The position numbers and the translations under genes are program-made. Shown here one piece after another: positions 11,581 through 23,839 of a stretch of 41,222 bases of DNA. The stretch is taken from NCBI GenBank assembly GCA_002269645.1, contig NIVC01000551.1, forward strand, positions 546,171 to 587,392, given 5' to 3'. Each line of letters starts with the position of its first letter. The first letter of the stretch is position 1. A model generated the notes under the pieces. The model had not been told where the DNA came from. It was given only the letters and a program-made list of their open reading frames with translations, and made no database searches. The stretch is from Macrostomum lignano (Eukaryota).

Positions 11581-11986
11581 CTGTTCTTCATCTTGCTGCT
11601 GCTTGCTTCTACTCCTAGTTGTCATGACAGTTGACGAAGATTTCGAGCCGCTGTTCTTTTGCGCAGAAGCAGTGGTGGACGGAGTTTTCTTTTTCTTTTT
11701 TTTACTACTGGCGCTAGTAGTAGATGCGGTGGTAGAATTGACCGATTTATCCGCCGGGGCTCTGGCCGAGCTGAATATGAGTGGCGGCGAGGCCCGAGTC
11801 AGTTTGAGCAGCTCGTGAGGCCATTCGATTTCGCTGTTGCCATCGCTGGCCAGAACCGGGTAGGGCTTCTGGCGATCTTCAATGCGCTGCTGCAGCTGCT
11901 GGCGGCGGCTGCTGCTGCCGCTGCTGTCCTGGGCTGCTGCCGACTGGCCGCCGCTGTCCGACTGCTTCTTGGCCTGCTGCTCGAAG
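11581..11986 (-). CDS. GPATCH8: GPATCH8/ZNF804-family protein, exon with the family motif
   Basis: Acceptor ccttcag|C (phase 2) and donor CAG|gttagc (phase 0), 406 nt. Encodes KPYPVLASDGNSEIEWPHELLKLTRASPPLIFS, matching human [33 protein letters not shown] as recalled. Confidence 0.85.
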
Positions 11987-12040
11987 CTGAAGGATTGCCG
12001 CGAGGAGAGGGTGATATTTGACAGAGAGAGCAGCTAAAAC

Positions 12041-13230
12041 AGGGAGAGGGCAGGTAGAGAGCAGCGGGGGCAGGGAGAGAGCAGCTGGGGCAGGGAGAGA
12101 GCAGCTGAGGCAGGGAGAGAGCAGCTGGGGCAGGGAGAGAGCAGCGGGGGCAGGGAGAGAGCAGCTGGGGCAGGGAGAGAGCAGCTGAGGCAGGGAGAGA
12201 GCAGCTGGGGCAGGGAGAGAGCAGCTGAGGCAGGGAGAGAGCAGCGGGGGCAGGGAGAGAGCAGTGGGGGCAGGGAGAGAGCAGCTGAGGCAGGGAGAGG
12301 GCAGCGGGGGCAGGGAGAGAGCAGCGGGGCAGGGAGAGCAGCGGAGGCAGGGAGAGAGCAGCGGGGCAGGGAGAGAGCAGCGGGGGCAGGGAGAGAGCAG
12401 CTGGGGCAGGGAGAGAGCAGTGGGGCAGGGAGAGAGCAGCTGAGGCAGGGAGAGGGCAGCTGAGGCAGGGAGAGAGCAGTGGGGGCAGGGAGAGAGCAGC
12501 TGAGGCAGGGAGAGAGCAGCGGGGGCAGGGAGAGAGCAGTGGGAGCAGGGAGAGAGCAGCTGAGGCAGGGAGAGGGCAGCTGAGGCAGGGAGAGAGCAGT
12601 GGGGGCAGGGAGAGAGCAGCGGGGGCAGGGAGAGAGCAGTGGGGCAGGGAGAGAGCAGCTGAGGCAGGGAGAGGGCAGCGGGGGCAGGGAGAGAGCAGCG
12701 GGGCAGGGAGAGCAGCGGAGGCAGGGAGAGAGCAGCGGGGCAGGGAGAGAGCAGCGGGGGCAGGGAGAGAGCAGCTGGGGCAGGGAGAGAGCAGTGGGGC
12801 AGGGAGAGAGCAGCTGAGGCAGGGAGAGGGCAGCTGAGGCAGGGAGAGAGCAGCTGAGGCAGGGAGAGAGCAGCGGGGGCAGGGAGAGAGCAGTGGGAGC
12901 AGGGAGAGAGCAGCTGAGGCAGGGAGAGGGCAGCTGAGGCAGGGAGAGAGCAGTGGGGGCAGGGAGAGAGCAGCGGGGCAGGGAGAGCAGCGGAGGCAGG
13001 GAGAGAGCAGCGGGGCAGGGAGAGAGCAGCGGGGCAGGGAGAGAGCAGCTGGGGCAGGGAGAGAGCAGCGGGGGCAGGGAGAGAGCAGCTGGGGCAGGGA
13101 GAGAGCAGGGGGCAGGGAGAGAGCAGCGGGGGCAGGGAGAGAGCAGCGGGGGAGAGGGCAGCTGAGGCAGGGAGAGAGCAGCGGGGGCAGGAAGAGAGCA
13201 GCTGAGGCAGGGAGAGAGCGGCGGAGGCAG
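12041..13230. repeat. G/purine-rich 18-20 bp minisatellite (GGGCAGGGAGAGAGCAGCTG), about 60 units, intronic
   Basis: Read directly. It fills most of intron 11987-13276. Confidence 0.97.
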
Positions 13231-13276
13231 GGGGCAAACAACAAGCCAGTCAGCACAAGAACCGCAAGCCACTCAC

Positions 13277-13355
13277 TCAGGCGGCAGCTCCACGCTGTCA
13301 TAGGCCATGCTGTCCCGAGGTGACGAGCTGGACAAAGCATTTGATGCCGGCCGAC
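13277..13355 (-). CDS. GPATCH8: GPATCH8-like internal exon (79 nt)
   Basis: Acceptor tcacag| with an upstream pyrimidine tract and donor |gtgagt. Frame RPASNALSSSSPRDSMAYDSVELPP ends in phase 2 and joins the 11986 acceptor in frame (PD-FEQQAKK). Confidence 0.65.
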
Positions 13356-13904
13356 CTGTGATTGACATTGCGCAGGAGAGAAGGGAGAAGAGGGGGAGGG
13401 CGGGAGGCGCAGGGTGTAAGGCGAGCAGACAAAGAATGAAGTGTTTAATAAAATAACCGACACACCCTACCTAATACCTAATGTTAATTAAGTCTAAATA
13501 CTGCCAAAGCCCAGTTTCTCCGCTAGCTCAATTAATTAGTGCGTCATTTGGATAAAAAAATCTCTGAAAAAATAAACTGGAAAATAAACTCCCAATCAAT
13601 AATAGCAAGAGTCAACGATTAGCTGAGGGTGGTTGTGAACAGTTGAAGTTACCTCGGCAATTTTGAATTGACTGAAAACAAATAGAAATCAGTTGATTTA
13701 ATTATGATAGTAAATAACAAACCATTGCAACAGTTTTATCAAGCATGCACTGAGTATTGCACAGCCCTATCACATTGGTTATCGACTGCCAGTAAGGGGG
13801 AGGAGGTTGCAGAGATATAAAAAACTGAATTAAACACAAAGGAATTAGCGCTAGGCACAGGTAGGTGCATAAATTAGCATTCAGACACTCCTTGCATTTC
13901 ATAC

Positions 13905-13923
13905 CTGTTGTAGATGACGGGTC
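13905..13923 (-). CDS. GPATCH8: Candidate 19-nt microexon of the GPATCH8-like gene
   Basis: ttttcttctgttctctaaaag|GACCCGTCATCTACAACAG|gtatga. DPSSTT-G joins the 13355 exon in phase 1. Confidence 0.5.
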
Positions 13924-16900
13924 CTTTTAGAGAACAGAAGAAAAGAAGCATTGAAAATGATAAATAGTAAGCTTTGAATTACCGCCAACCACAACAAAAA
14001 AGCGTATAACAAACCTTGCCTCGCAGTTTGGCAACAGAAACACAAATAATGAATTATTAAGTTAGCTAATTAATGCTAATGCTAATTAAATTAAGTTTAG
14101 CGAGTGCTTGCAGACAAAGTTCTGAGGCCCGTGTTAGGTGGGCGTGAGTGACACTGACAGAGTTATAGATAGACAAAGGTGTGGAAGAGAGACTGATTAG
14201 GGAACAATTTGACACCTTTTACTGGGTGACTCCAACGATGGACAGGTGGTGTCATCACTAATGTAATTAATAATTATTATTATAGTTTAAAATAGAAAAC
14301 AAGCGCTTGTTTAAAAGAACACAGGCTATAAACACCGGCACATATCAATGGGGGGGGGGTATAAAAATTATGATGTAGCGCTGTGATCCAAATCTACAGA
14401 AATAGAAATTGCGGGAGGGTTGATTGTGCTATAGTGAAACATTCAATTTTATTATGCTTTCTTTGAACAAATAGCATTCAACTGTCTGTCTGTTTGAATT
14501 GAAAAAAAAACAGCCTTGCCAAAAGACGCGGGGCCCATAGCAGTTTAATTATTTATTAGTTGGTATTGTTAATTTGGATTTGCACTATACTACTAATGCT
14601 ACTCGCTAGCAAGTAGCAACTGAAGCGAATCAGACAGAAAAAAAGTTGAAGAAATATATAAAAAACACAGTTATAGAGTAGCAGAAGACAAATATTGGAT
14701 AGTAAGGCAAGAAAGGCCGACTGCCTATTAAAACAAGCTCATTCTGATGAATCACAACATTAGGCTAAGAATTAATAACACATTGCCACCGAGATGATTT
14801 TGGCATAATTATTATTAGTTTGCCAGCAGTTAGAGAAAAGGAACGCAACGAATAAAGGCTAATGCGGCCCTGACTTTATCAATCAATCAATAAATCAATG
14901 CGACTCTCCTTCGATAAAACAAAGGTGCCGGTTGCATTCAACAAAGTCAGTAGTGCAATTACTTACGTTCTGCTCTGTTTGTGTAAATGAATTTTAAATC
15001 AAATCTACAATCGATTTGGTTGAGTTGGCAAGGACTGTTATTAGCAAGAATATCGACCAGAATCCACTTATAACATCTTAGTCTTGACTTTTTCGATCGT
15101 TAATTTCTGATTTGTGAAAGTGTCAAAGCGCTATAAAACTGCAAAAGACGCAGTGTGACCGAAGGAGAAGTTCGAAGGCCGGACAGATTTGCTAAGCTGA
15201 GTAGCAAGAAGCAAAAACCAAAACACAGAGTGCAGATTCGTCTAATTTAAAAGCATGCTCAAGCGGTAATAATTAGTCACTGATACTTGATGGTGTGATA
15301 GATTCGCTCAGAAATTTCGGAATCAACTAGCTAAATCGGGGATTGGCAAACTTTTCAATTAATGGGCTAGATAAAGAATGTAGCTCTTGGCTGCAGGTCA
15401 GATGAGAGTGGAAAGGAGAAAGAATAGAAGAGGGGAAAGAAGAGGAGAGAGGGGAGCTAGAGAGGAGAGGAGATGGTGCCAACCCCTCCGAGTGAAATAA
15501 TAGGATAAAATTATTGACAATATTGAACACACGCAAACTGGTTAGCAAATTATTGTTATTAATTAATTATTAAGAAGTAAGCAGCCGCCGCCAGTGCAAG
15601 AACGCAAGCAAAATCCGTCTGGTTGAGTTATGAATTGGTTCTAAATATAATTGAAATTATATAAAATTGTCATACCAATGTTGGTAAACACACTTTCTCT
15701 GCTGCAATTGTGTGTGTGTGGCAATGCAATATAGAGGCAGTAGTTTTTCTCATAAGGTTCCAATTTTATTTTCCTTTATTTTGGTAAATTGTTGTCAATG
15801 CTTTCGTGCCGCGTTATAAGTTAACAGATAAAGCAAGCCACAGGTGCGCACACAACATTAGAAGCGAAAGATTAATTAGTTAACTAAATAAATAAGTTTT
15901 AATGTCGTTGAATGATATGAAATTTGATTATCCGTGTAAATTTAAAGAGAACCGCTTCCATTTATTAAAGACTACTATCAGTAAAGAGAGAGGAACATCA
16001 ACTCCGACCATGCAAACTGAATAGAAAGTATTATTAGTAGATAACAAATATCTTTTATAACTAATCGATAGATTAAATTATGTAATTCTGTTGATTATTT
16101 ATTCAATTAGAAATCACCTGAGCAGGGTGGGGCCACAACAGCTAATTGAGATAATTATTATGATCTGTTTTCTTTTCAAGTTTAGTTTAGTCTAAATTAG
16201 CCAGATTTAAACTCATGAGATAAGCACAACATAGCACAGTTTAGCAGCTACCTGTTTGCATGGGCAACCAAGTTTAAATGCATGCGATTTAACTAACAGT
16301 TAACGTAGCAGGTGCGCACGCAAAGCACTAAGCGGCTCCATTCTCATCATTAATGAAGCTAAGAATTGTATAACACTAATAATTAGAGGTGTGCAAAGGT
16401 TAATCTAACATCCATTCAATTAACAAAGGTGCTATTGGATAGGAACCCGCAAATTGATATTATATAAAGCTAACTAATTCCTAGCTGAGTCATTGAGTCT
16501 TGAACTAGCTGATCATAGAAAGGCTCATTGGTATACAAAGGTCATGCTGGTATACAGCAGTGCTGTAGTGTTTTTCACAATGTTAAAATTTAGTTAATAA
16601 CAAAACATTTAACAATTTTTAAATTAGAAATTCAAACATTACTGAGTTGCAGTGTCTGAAAACAAAAGTTTTATAAAATCTGAAGAGCGAGAGGAGAGGG
16701 GAGTAGCCAGGGGGCAAGGCAGGTTAATTTCGATCACTGCTCTGAGAAATTATTGCTTAGTTTTTATATAATACCTCTTAAATCGTAGATGACGAACTAC
16801 TTTGAGTAGTTTATATTATAATATGTGAACTGTTTTAGCTAATGGCTACATGTAGCACTACTTCTAGTACTGAACCTATTATAATTATAACATACTATAA

Positions 16901-19699
16901 ATACAGATATACATGTATTCTCTCTAAATAGTTTTGTAGCAAAGTTGAATAAATTTTAGTTGAATAAGTAGCAGATAAAGCTCCAATTTTAAATATCAGA
17001 TTAGTAATTGATTATTAACTCAAATATATAGCTCCGCATAAGGTCTCGAATCGGGAAAATAATGAACATAAATCAAGTTGCATGCAGCATGCATAGCAGA
17101 ATAGAATTTATATATTAATAATAATAAAATAAAATAAGATTAGATAAAGATGAAGAGCTTAAGAATATGATAGGTATATCCAATATAACCTACTTGAATC
17201 CTAAATTTATCATTTATCATCATAAATGTTACCTCCCTAACAAACATTTTTGAATCATTTTATACGAGAAAGTAATTTAAGGAAACCGTGACCATAAATT
17301 AAATATGCTAATTAATAATTGTTGAAGTAAGTGACATTCAAGACTAAAGGAATTTCCCCATTGGGATATATTGAAGATATCAGCGTCTTAATAAATATAT
17401 GACTCAAAATAAGCAAGTTTATATAAGTCAGGTAGGTGCCAGACACTACATCAATAAATATAGGTGGCGGGGTGTTAGCGAGGAAAATTAAAATAAAATA
17501 AACAGCAGGTCCAAAAGCACACGCAGGATTGGTTAGATCAGATTCAGAGTTGATGAGAAGTGGTCGAACATTAACTGATTCAATATTGAATATTGAAATT
17601 TAGTGATATGACGACGATAGCGCACTTCTCACCAACATCTAGTAGAAAGGTGCATTAAACGATTAGGGAAAAACACACGCACACAAAACAGACGAACAGC
17701 TGTTATTAATCAATCAGGTGGCAGCTGAGCACTAGCAACTAAGTATTCAAGGAGCCGCAATTAAGCGAGTGGCAGACAGTAAAAAAGCACATTTGTTTTA
17801 GACACACACAGTTGTGCTAAACAGCTATTCTGCATGGAAATTTTGCTTTGTAAACTCAACTTTGACAAACCGCCGTCAAAAAACGATTAAAAAAGTTCAA
17901 TGGAATAAATGAAAATGCATAATAGTGGATTACTGCCGTGTCACCTAATTATGTTTTAGCTTTGGAAGTGTTGTTTCTCTTAAAAAAAGACAACGAAATA
18001 AAAAAGGGCTATAGTTAGATCCTGGAACAAGCAAGTAATAAAGAAAAAATTGCAATATTCGAAAATATTCTCTTTAAATTGTACTCACTTTGCAAGGCAG
18101 TGTCTTGCTGTGCAGTCCTACTGTCTGCAGATTTTGCTCTTGAATCCATTGTTCCAAGTTGGAGTAACTTGCAGGTGTTTCACTTCACAATTGATTGCAC
18201 AGTTTTTGCCTTTTGCATGAGAATTATGAAAATGCTACATCATTAGTTTTTAATATATACAAAAAGAAACTAAATTAATCTGATATATATCAGTGTGCTC
18301 TAATTGCAACTGCAGGCCATAGGCATTGTAGCAAATAGCATCTAGCCTTAGTAACATAAGAAAAGGCTAAAAATAATACATTAACTTAAAGATTACCATT
18401 TAATACTGATAGGCTAAGATTTTAGTGCATTCAAGTCATATTTTATAATAGGGTCAAAATTATAATGCAATTGTTGGTATCCTAAGTCAAAATTAAATAT
18501 TGCAAATTGAAACCCATTATAGCCAATAGGAGGGGCCCAGCACAGGTAAGTTGCAAAAATTCTCACCAAAATATAGATTATATATTTTTATACATACCTA
18601 CATACCTATGTATTACATACCTAAAAATATTTAATTATATTGATTAGGTTTATTTTACAGGTAAATGGTGGTTTTAGTCAAAAGGTAAGTTGCATGGCTA
18701 ATGTAAATCAGGAAGGGTGCACATGCATATAGTAATTAAGCATAATTAAAAAAATGTTTGACATGCAAATGTACTAAGGCTTACATCTGTAGCAAGAGAA
18801 TATTAGCCTTGTTAGATTACTAGTTGGATTATTTTTAAAGACAGAAGAATAAACTCTGCAATATATTTGATGCACAAATGTGGTCTACAATGCTGTTTGA
18901 AAATAAAGGCTAGTATCTTCTAGTTCCAGTTTTTGTAACAAAATGGCTGTGGTTAAGAAATGACAACAGTACAAATAAAAATATTGATTAAATATGATTA
19001 TACTTATTTTAAAGAATTTAGGTACTACAACTTCACATAATTGCAAGTTATTATTATAAAGGAGAATAAACAACACTTATTTTGTTATTTTGTTTAATGT
19101 ACATCAAATTTAACAACAAAAAAGGTCCTTTGTTGTCATAGCATAAAAGTAAAGTTGCACAATTTTTTAATTTTGGTATATATAACAGTCCAATTTTTTA
19201 TACCTAGCATACATAGGGACCCTTCTTGAGTTTAATTTGAGATGGGTAAATATTTCACTCATAAGTTGTAAGTTGAATTTCTGCAAAAATGCTAGAGAAA
19301 AACTAAGTTTGTTTTAAAGCTCAAATAAATGCACAAATTAATTTTTTGTTATAAGTGTATATAGAAATCTGCCTATATAAAGAGCAAATTTTGCCACAAA
19401 ATAAATAACCATTCATACTCTTGCACAGTTTGACTGATTATGAGCACTCAGTTCAATATTATTACTCAGAAATTTAGAAGAGGGTTGAGAAGAACATATT
19501 CATTTAGGAAAAGGGATTTTGAGAAAAGGTTCTACTAAGAGTAAGAAGAAGGATACTATTCAAAGGGTATACTAAGAGTTGTGCTGTGACCCTCTAATCT
19601 TGGTGAACACCCAATTAGACTAACTTATCTAACAGTACTAGACCACCCAGGCCATACATTAGATGCTACCAGAAATATATTATAGATGAGATTCTAAGA

Positions 19700-21380
19700 G
19701 GGTTATTCCATGATAGGGTCATCAAAGGTATAGAAATATTTTAAAAATTATTTGCAAATGTGAATATTTCATTTTGCATATATATTATGTATAGTTTCAT
19801 TTTTATGTAGTTTCATACACATTTATCTACCTCTAGGTATATATATTTTGTTTTGATCATGGTACCCTTGCAAGATTTTAAATGTCCCGCGGGACATTAT
19901 AAAAAGTTTAATCTAGTTTTCAATAAGAAAAAAAGTGAATAAACATAATGCATCAAGTGCATAAATAATAAAAATCTTTCTTTCTTATATCTAAAGACTG
20001 AAATTATAAAGTTTTATGATTTGATATAGTTCTATCTATCATAATTTTTTATTTTAAAAAGTTTGACTTCCCTTTTTTAAGTGTTAAAAACGACCATCAT
20101 TTTTTTTACAAAAAGTTGTTGTACTAATTTTCAAAGGTTTATAAGTTGATAATTTTTTGCTAAAATATTTTCTGAGCCTATATTTAAGTTTATAGTCATT
20201 TTTGTTAGTTTATGATAAGTGTAACATGCTAAAAAAACCCTGCAAAGTTACCTAACGACCATCATTTTCTGGTATTCTGAAATCTGTTGATCTTCATAAA
20301 ACCTGAATTACTATCATTTATTCCTAAATTTTATACAAAAAACTGAATTTACTGATATTCTAAAATCATGTCTTTTTTAAATGTGAATTACTTATTCAAT
20401 TTCTCTTTCAAAGTTTTTACAGTTTTGATTGTAAAGAAAATATAGTGGAATTCAAGTCTTTTATTAAAAATGTATACTGTCAATTACTTGTTTGATACCT
20501 TAAAATCATTTTCAACCTGCACTATTAAAAAGGTTGTTCCAATTACTAACCATGCACCTAGAACTCTCCACTTTAGTTTGTAATGCACCTTAACACATGC
20601 CCCAATCTTCAGCATAAGTAGTCTAACTAGACTCAAGTTTTTACTATCCATTGGTGCTACTGCTTATTGCCTAACAAATAATCTGTATTTGCCTTTGGTT
20701 TTGTTAATTTTATATTCTATTCTTTGAATTCTTGAATAGATTAGGACTGTCCATCTTTATGATCATATGTTGAGTTGTGCAATCATGAAGTGATGTTTTT
20801 GTTGAAGGTGCATAAGTATGTTTGATCTGAAATATGAAACAGGTATAATAAATTTTATGGTTAGACAAGCAAGTTATAGTTTTTATATGAACTATGGATT
20901 ATAAACAATCTTTTAACCAAGATTGTATCTAAAAATAGAGAATCCTAATACACTTTTTAAAACTGAAGGTCGTTTTTTTGAAACAAATGACCGTCAGTCA
21001 ACAACCGTCATTTAAGAAAAAATGTGCAACACAGTTAAAGTTATCTACTAAAATGTAATAATTGTTTGTAACCATTCATCTAGCTATTGTTTACTACAAT
21101 TAATGATCAATTGAGACAAAAACTTGCCTGATTCGCAGGAATCTTAAACTTGAGTTATAAAGTTGGATATATAAACTTTCACCAAAAACGACCGTCATCA
21201 AAAGTTTCTTTCTGCTAAATCAACACAGTAAGACAAATGACTTTAAAATGTATCTCATCTCAATCTAGAGGTCACGCCCATAAATATAGAACTCACAAAG
21301 TCTCAATTTAGTTTGTCTTTTGTATGATTACTGATTATTATTTGGTCCAACCCAACGACCGTCATCTTGTGGAATTACCC
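19700..21380. mobile_element. Non-autonomous DNA transposon, Sola2-like
   Basis: Imperfect TIRs gggttattcca / tggaattaccc, a 4-bp TSD AAGA on both sides (19696-19699, 21381-21384), and repeated internal ACGACC(A/G)TCA motifs. GGG termini with a 4-bp TSD suggest Sola2; the family call is inferred. Confidence 0.6.
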
Positions 21381-22522
21381 AAGAAACAATTAGAAATATT
21401 AAGACAGAAGTTCAACTAGGCACAACTTTGGTGTCAGCAATAGAAATTTAATAGAGAGAAGTAAAACCCTTGTTACAACTTTGGTAACTTAGCAGAGGGC
21501 AGAAATAAGCCATACAACAACTTTGGTGGTAGCTGATATGATAGTTAATAGACAAAGCCCAAAGGCCTAGATCACAAACTCTAATATTTGCATATGCCAT
21601 CTTTATGACTATGGGATATACTATTATCAATAGATAGAGAATGAAGATATTCAGCTTAAGCATAGAAGTCAATAAAAAAATTTATATTAGAAATATTATT
21701 ATTAAAAACTGATTTAGGACAAGAATGATCATCATACATAGTGCATCACAATTAAAAATAGACAAATATATATTATATTACAAAAATGCTAAAAATATAT
21801 TATACAAAATGCCCTATTGGAATAAATGTTAAAAACCCATGGACATGTGCTTTAGAATGCAAGTCAAATTATTTTACTGCATTTTAGCATTATTAGAGAT
21901 GTTCCAAAAGATTTTCTATCAAAATTGAAATTTTTCTAACTTTCAAAATCAAAATTGAAAATTTCCAATATTAAAATTCAGAAAAACAAAGTTCCGTATG
22001 ACCAACACTCACTTTTTTACTTTTAATTTACTTTTTATGCAAAACAAAAAATATGTATATGTAGCAGGAATTAGTTTTTTAGCCACTTTCTAAGACACTT
22101 ACAATTTTTTTTGAAATTGAAATTTTCTTTAAAATTCCAAATCTGGGAAAACTGAAATTGAAAATTTAGAACATCTCCATGCATTATAAATGATGAGTGT
22201 ATAGGTCCCTTCCACAGAGGTATTAGGCCCCTTTCCATATTTATTTGATAGAGCAGCAGCCAGCAGGAAAGGAAAGCACACACCGCGTGTGTGAAAAATT
22301 TCAAGTGCTCTGGATGCTGTCACCACAGTTTTGCAACTTTTTCCTACAAGGCAAAAATGTCAATATAATATCAATATAACTGAAATGAAATAATAAAATG
22401 TGAATAATAGCACTCAGAACTAGGATGGAATTCTGGCTTTAGGAAAAGAAAATGTGCAAGCATATTCTTAGAGAAGTGCTTAAGTGTTTATATGCTTGAG
22501 AAATGTATATAAACATGCCTAC

Positions 22523-23839
22523 TAGTGTTCCGCCGCCGCGAGTTTTGACCTCCGTAACCGTAACCGTAGCCGTAAGAAAGAAGCAACTTCCGTAGCCGAA
22601 TTTGCCGTCATTACGGGCTAAAAAAGTCCGTAACCGTAATTTGCCGTAACCGTAGCCGTAATGTATAACAAAAATTGATATTTTTGCATGAAAAGTAGGG
22701 CAGACAGAAAAGGACAGATAAAAAGGATAAAATGATAGCAATAAAACCTACTTGTTGTTCGTTCATGCATTAATATTCATTTATTTTTTTGTAAATATAA
22801 TTTCTTTATCGAAGTATTCTATAGCATTGTTGTATGCAATTGTGTGCTTGGTGCCTTTTTCAGTTTTCTGTGTCGTGATTCTGTTTTGTTTCGCTACAAT
22901 ATGAATATATGACTGACGTGCCAAGGTCAATGTGTATGTTTAATATCATTAAATAAATATATGAATTTGTTCAAATAAAACTGCTTCAAAATTTCCGATG
23001 ACTAAGAAATTGCATGTTACATTTTTCATTTTCATTTTATTGCATTGTCTATTGTATTGTCTTCTTTGGTTTCAATCAATTTTCAATCATAATTCATATT
23101 CTTATCCTATTAGTATTTATTTAGTATTTCCTTATTAATATTCTTCATGCTTGGGCGCAACCTTGGGATTCACTCGGCCGTTTCTATTGGCAACACACAC
23201 ATGTAAGTCGCTATTGGACGGAATAGTAGTCACGTGACTGCTCTCAGCCAATAGCGACTTACATGTGTATGTTGCCAATAGAAACGGCCGGGTGATTCCC
23301 AAAGTTGCGCATGTATGATATTCTTTCATCCTTATCCTCATAATCTAAATCTAATATCCTATTTTTATGCTAAGGAGCTAAATGCTACATATGGCTAAGA
23401 AATAAGAATGCCAGATTCTTAGTCTCTTGTAGGCTTTGACTGGCTCTCTCTGTCTCGCTGCTATCATGCTATCGCTATGCTATGCTATGCCGTATGCCTA
23501 ATGAGAAAATTCGTGAAAAAATTCGTTTTTCATTTTCCAGAAGTTTTGTAGATATTTAGAAACTTAACAAATGTAAAAAATAATAATAACTAGTAAAACA
23601 AAATGAAAACTGGTTGAAGTTGATATAAAAAAATTCTTTTATAACACTAAACAGTTAAAAATAAATAATTTTTGTTACGGCTACCAATTATGGCAAGTCT
23701 AGAAAAATCTCTGTAATCCGTAACCGTAACCGTAAGCTCAAAATATGTCCATAACCGTAATCTGTAATGAAAATACGGCTTCAAAAGTGTCATAGCCGTA
23801 ATTCGCCGTAGCCATAGCCGTAATTACGGCGGAACACTA
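22523..23839. mobile_element. hAT-type MITE, 1317 bp
   Basis: Perfect 13-bp TIR TAGTGTTCCGCCG/CGGCGGAACACTA, perfect 8-bp TSD ATGCCTAC (22515-22522, 23840-23847), and subterminal CCGTAA/CCGTAG repeats. Confidence 0.92.
23146..23317. mobile_element. 172-bp palindromic hAT-type MITE nested in the 1317-bp MITE
   Basis: Inverted arms of about 63 bp around a central AGTCACGTGACT, and an 8-bp TSD ATATTCTT (23138-23145, 23318-23325). Confidence 0.88.

Noticed and set aside
11987-12036. Upstream acceptor ttttag|CTG at 12034 as the main start of the motif exon
   Set aside because: It is phase 0 and incompatible with the phase-2 donor at 13277. The ccttcag acceptor at 11987 preserves the frame.
11799-13463. 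Long ORFs of 412-554 aa (LSLPQLLSPC repeats) in all three minus-strand frames
   Set aside because: Artefact of a stop-free minisatellite inside an intron with defined splice sites.
15327-15480. Long pyrimidine tract plus ctgcag acceptor on the minus strand near 15394
   Set aside because: No convincing donor follows and all frames close quickly. At most an alternative terminal exon.
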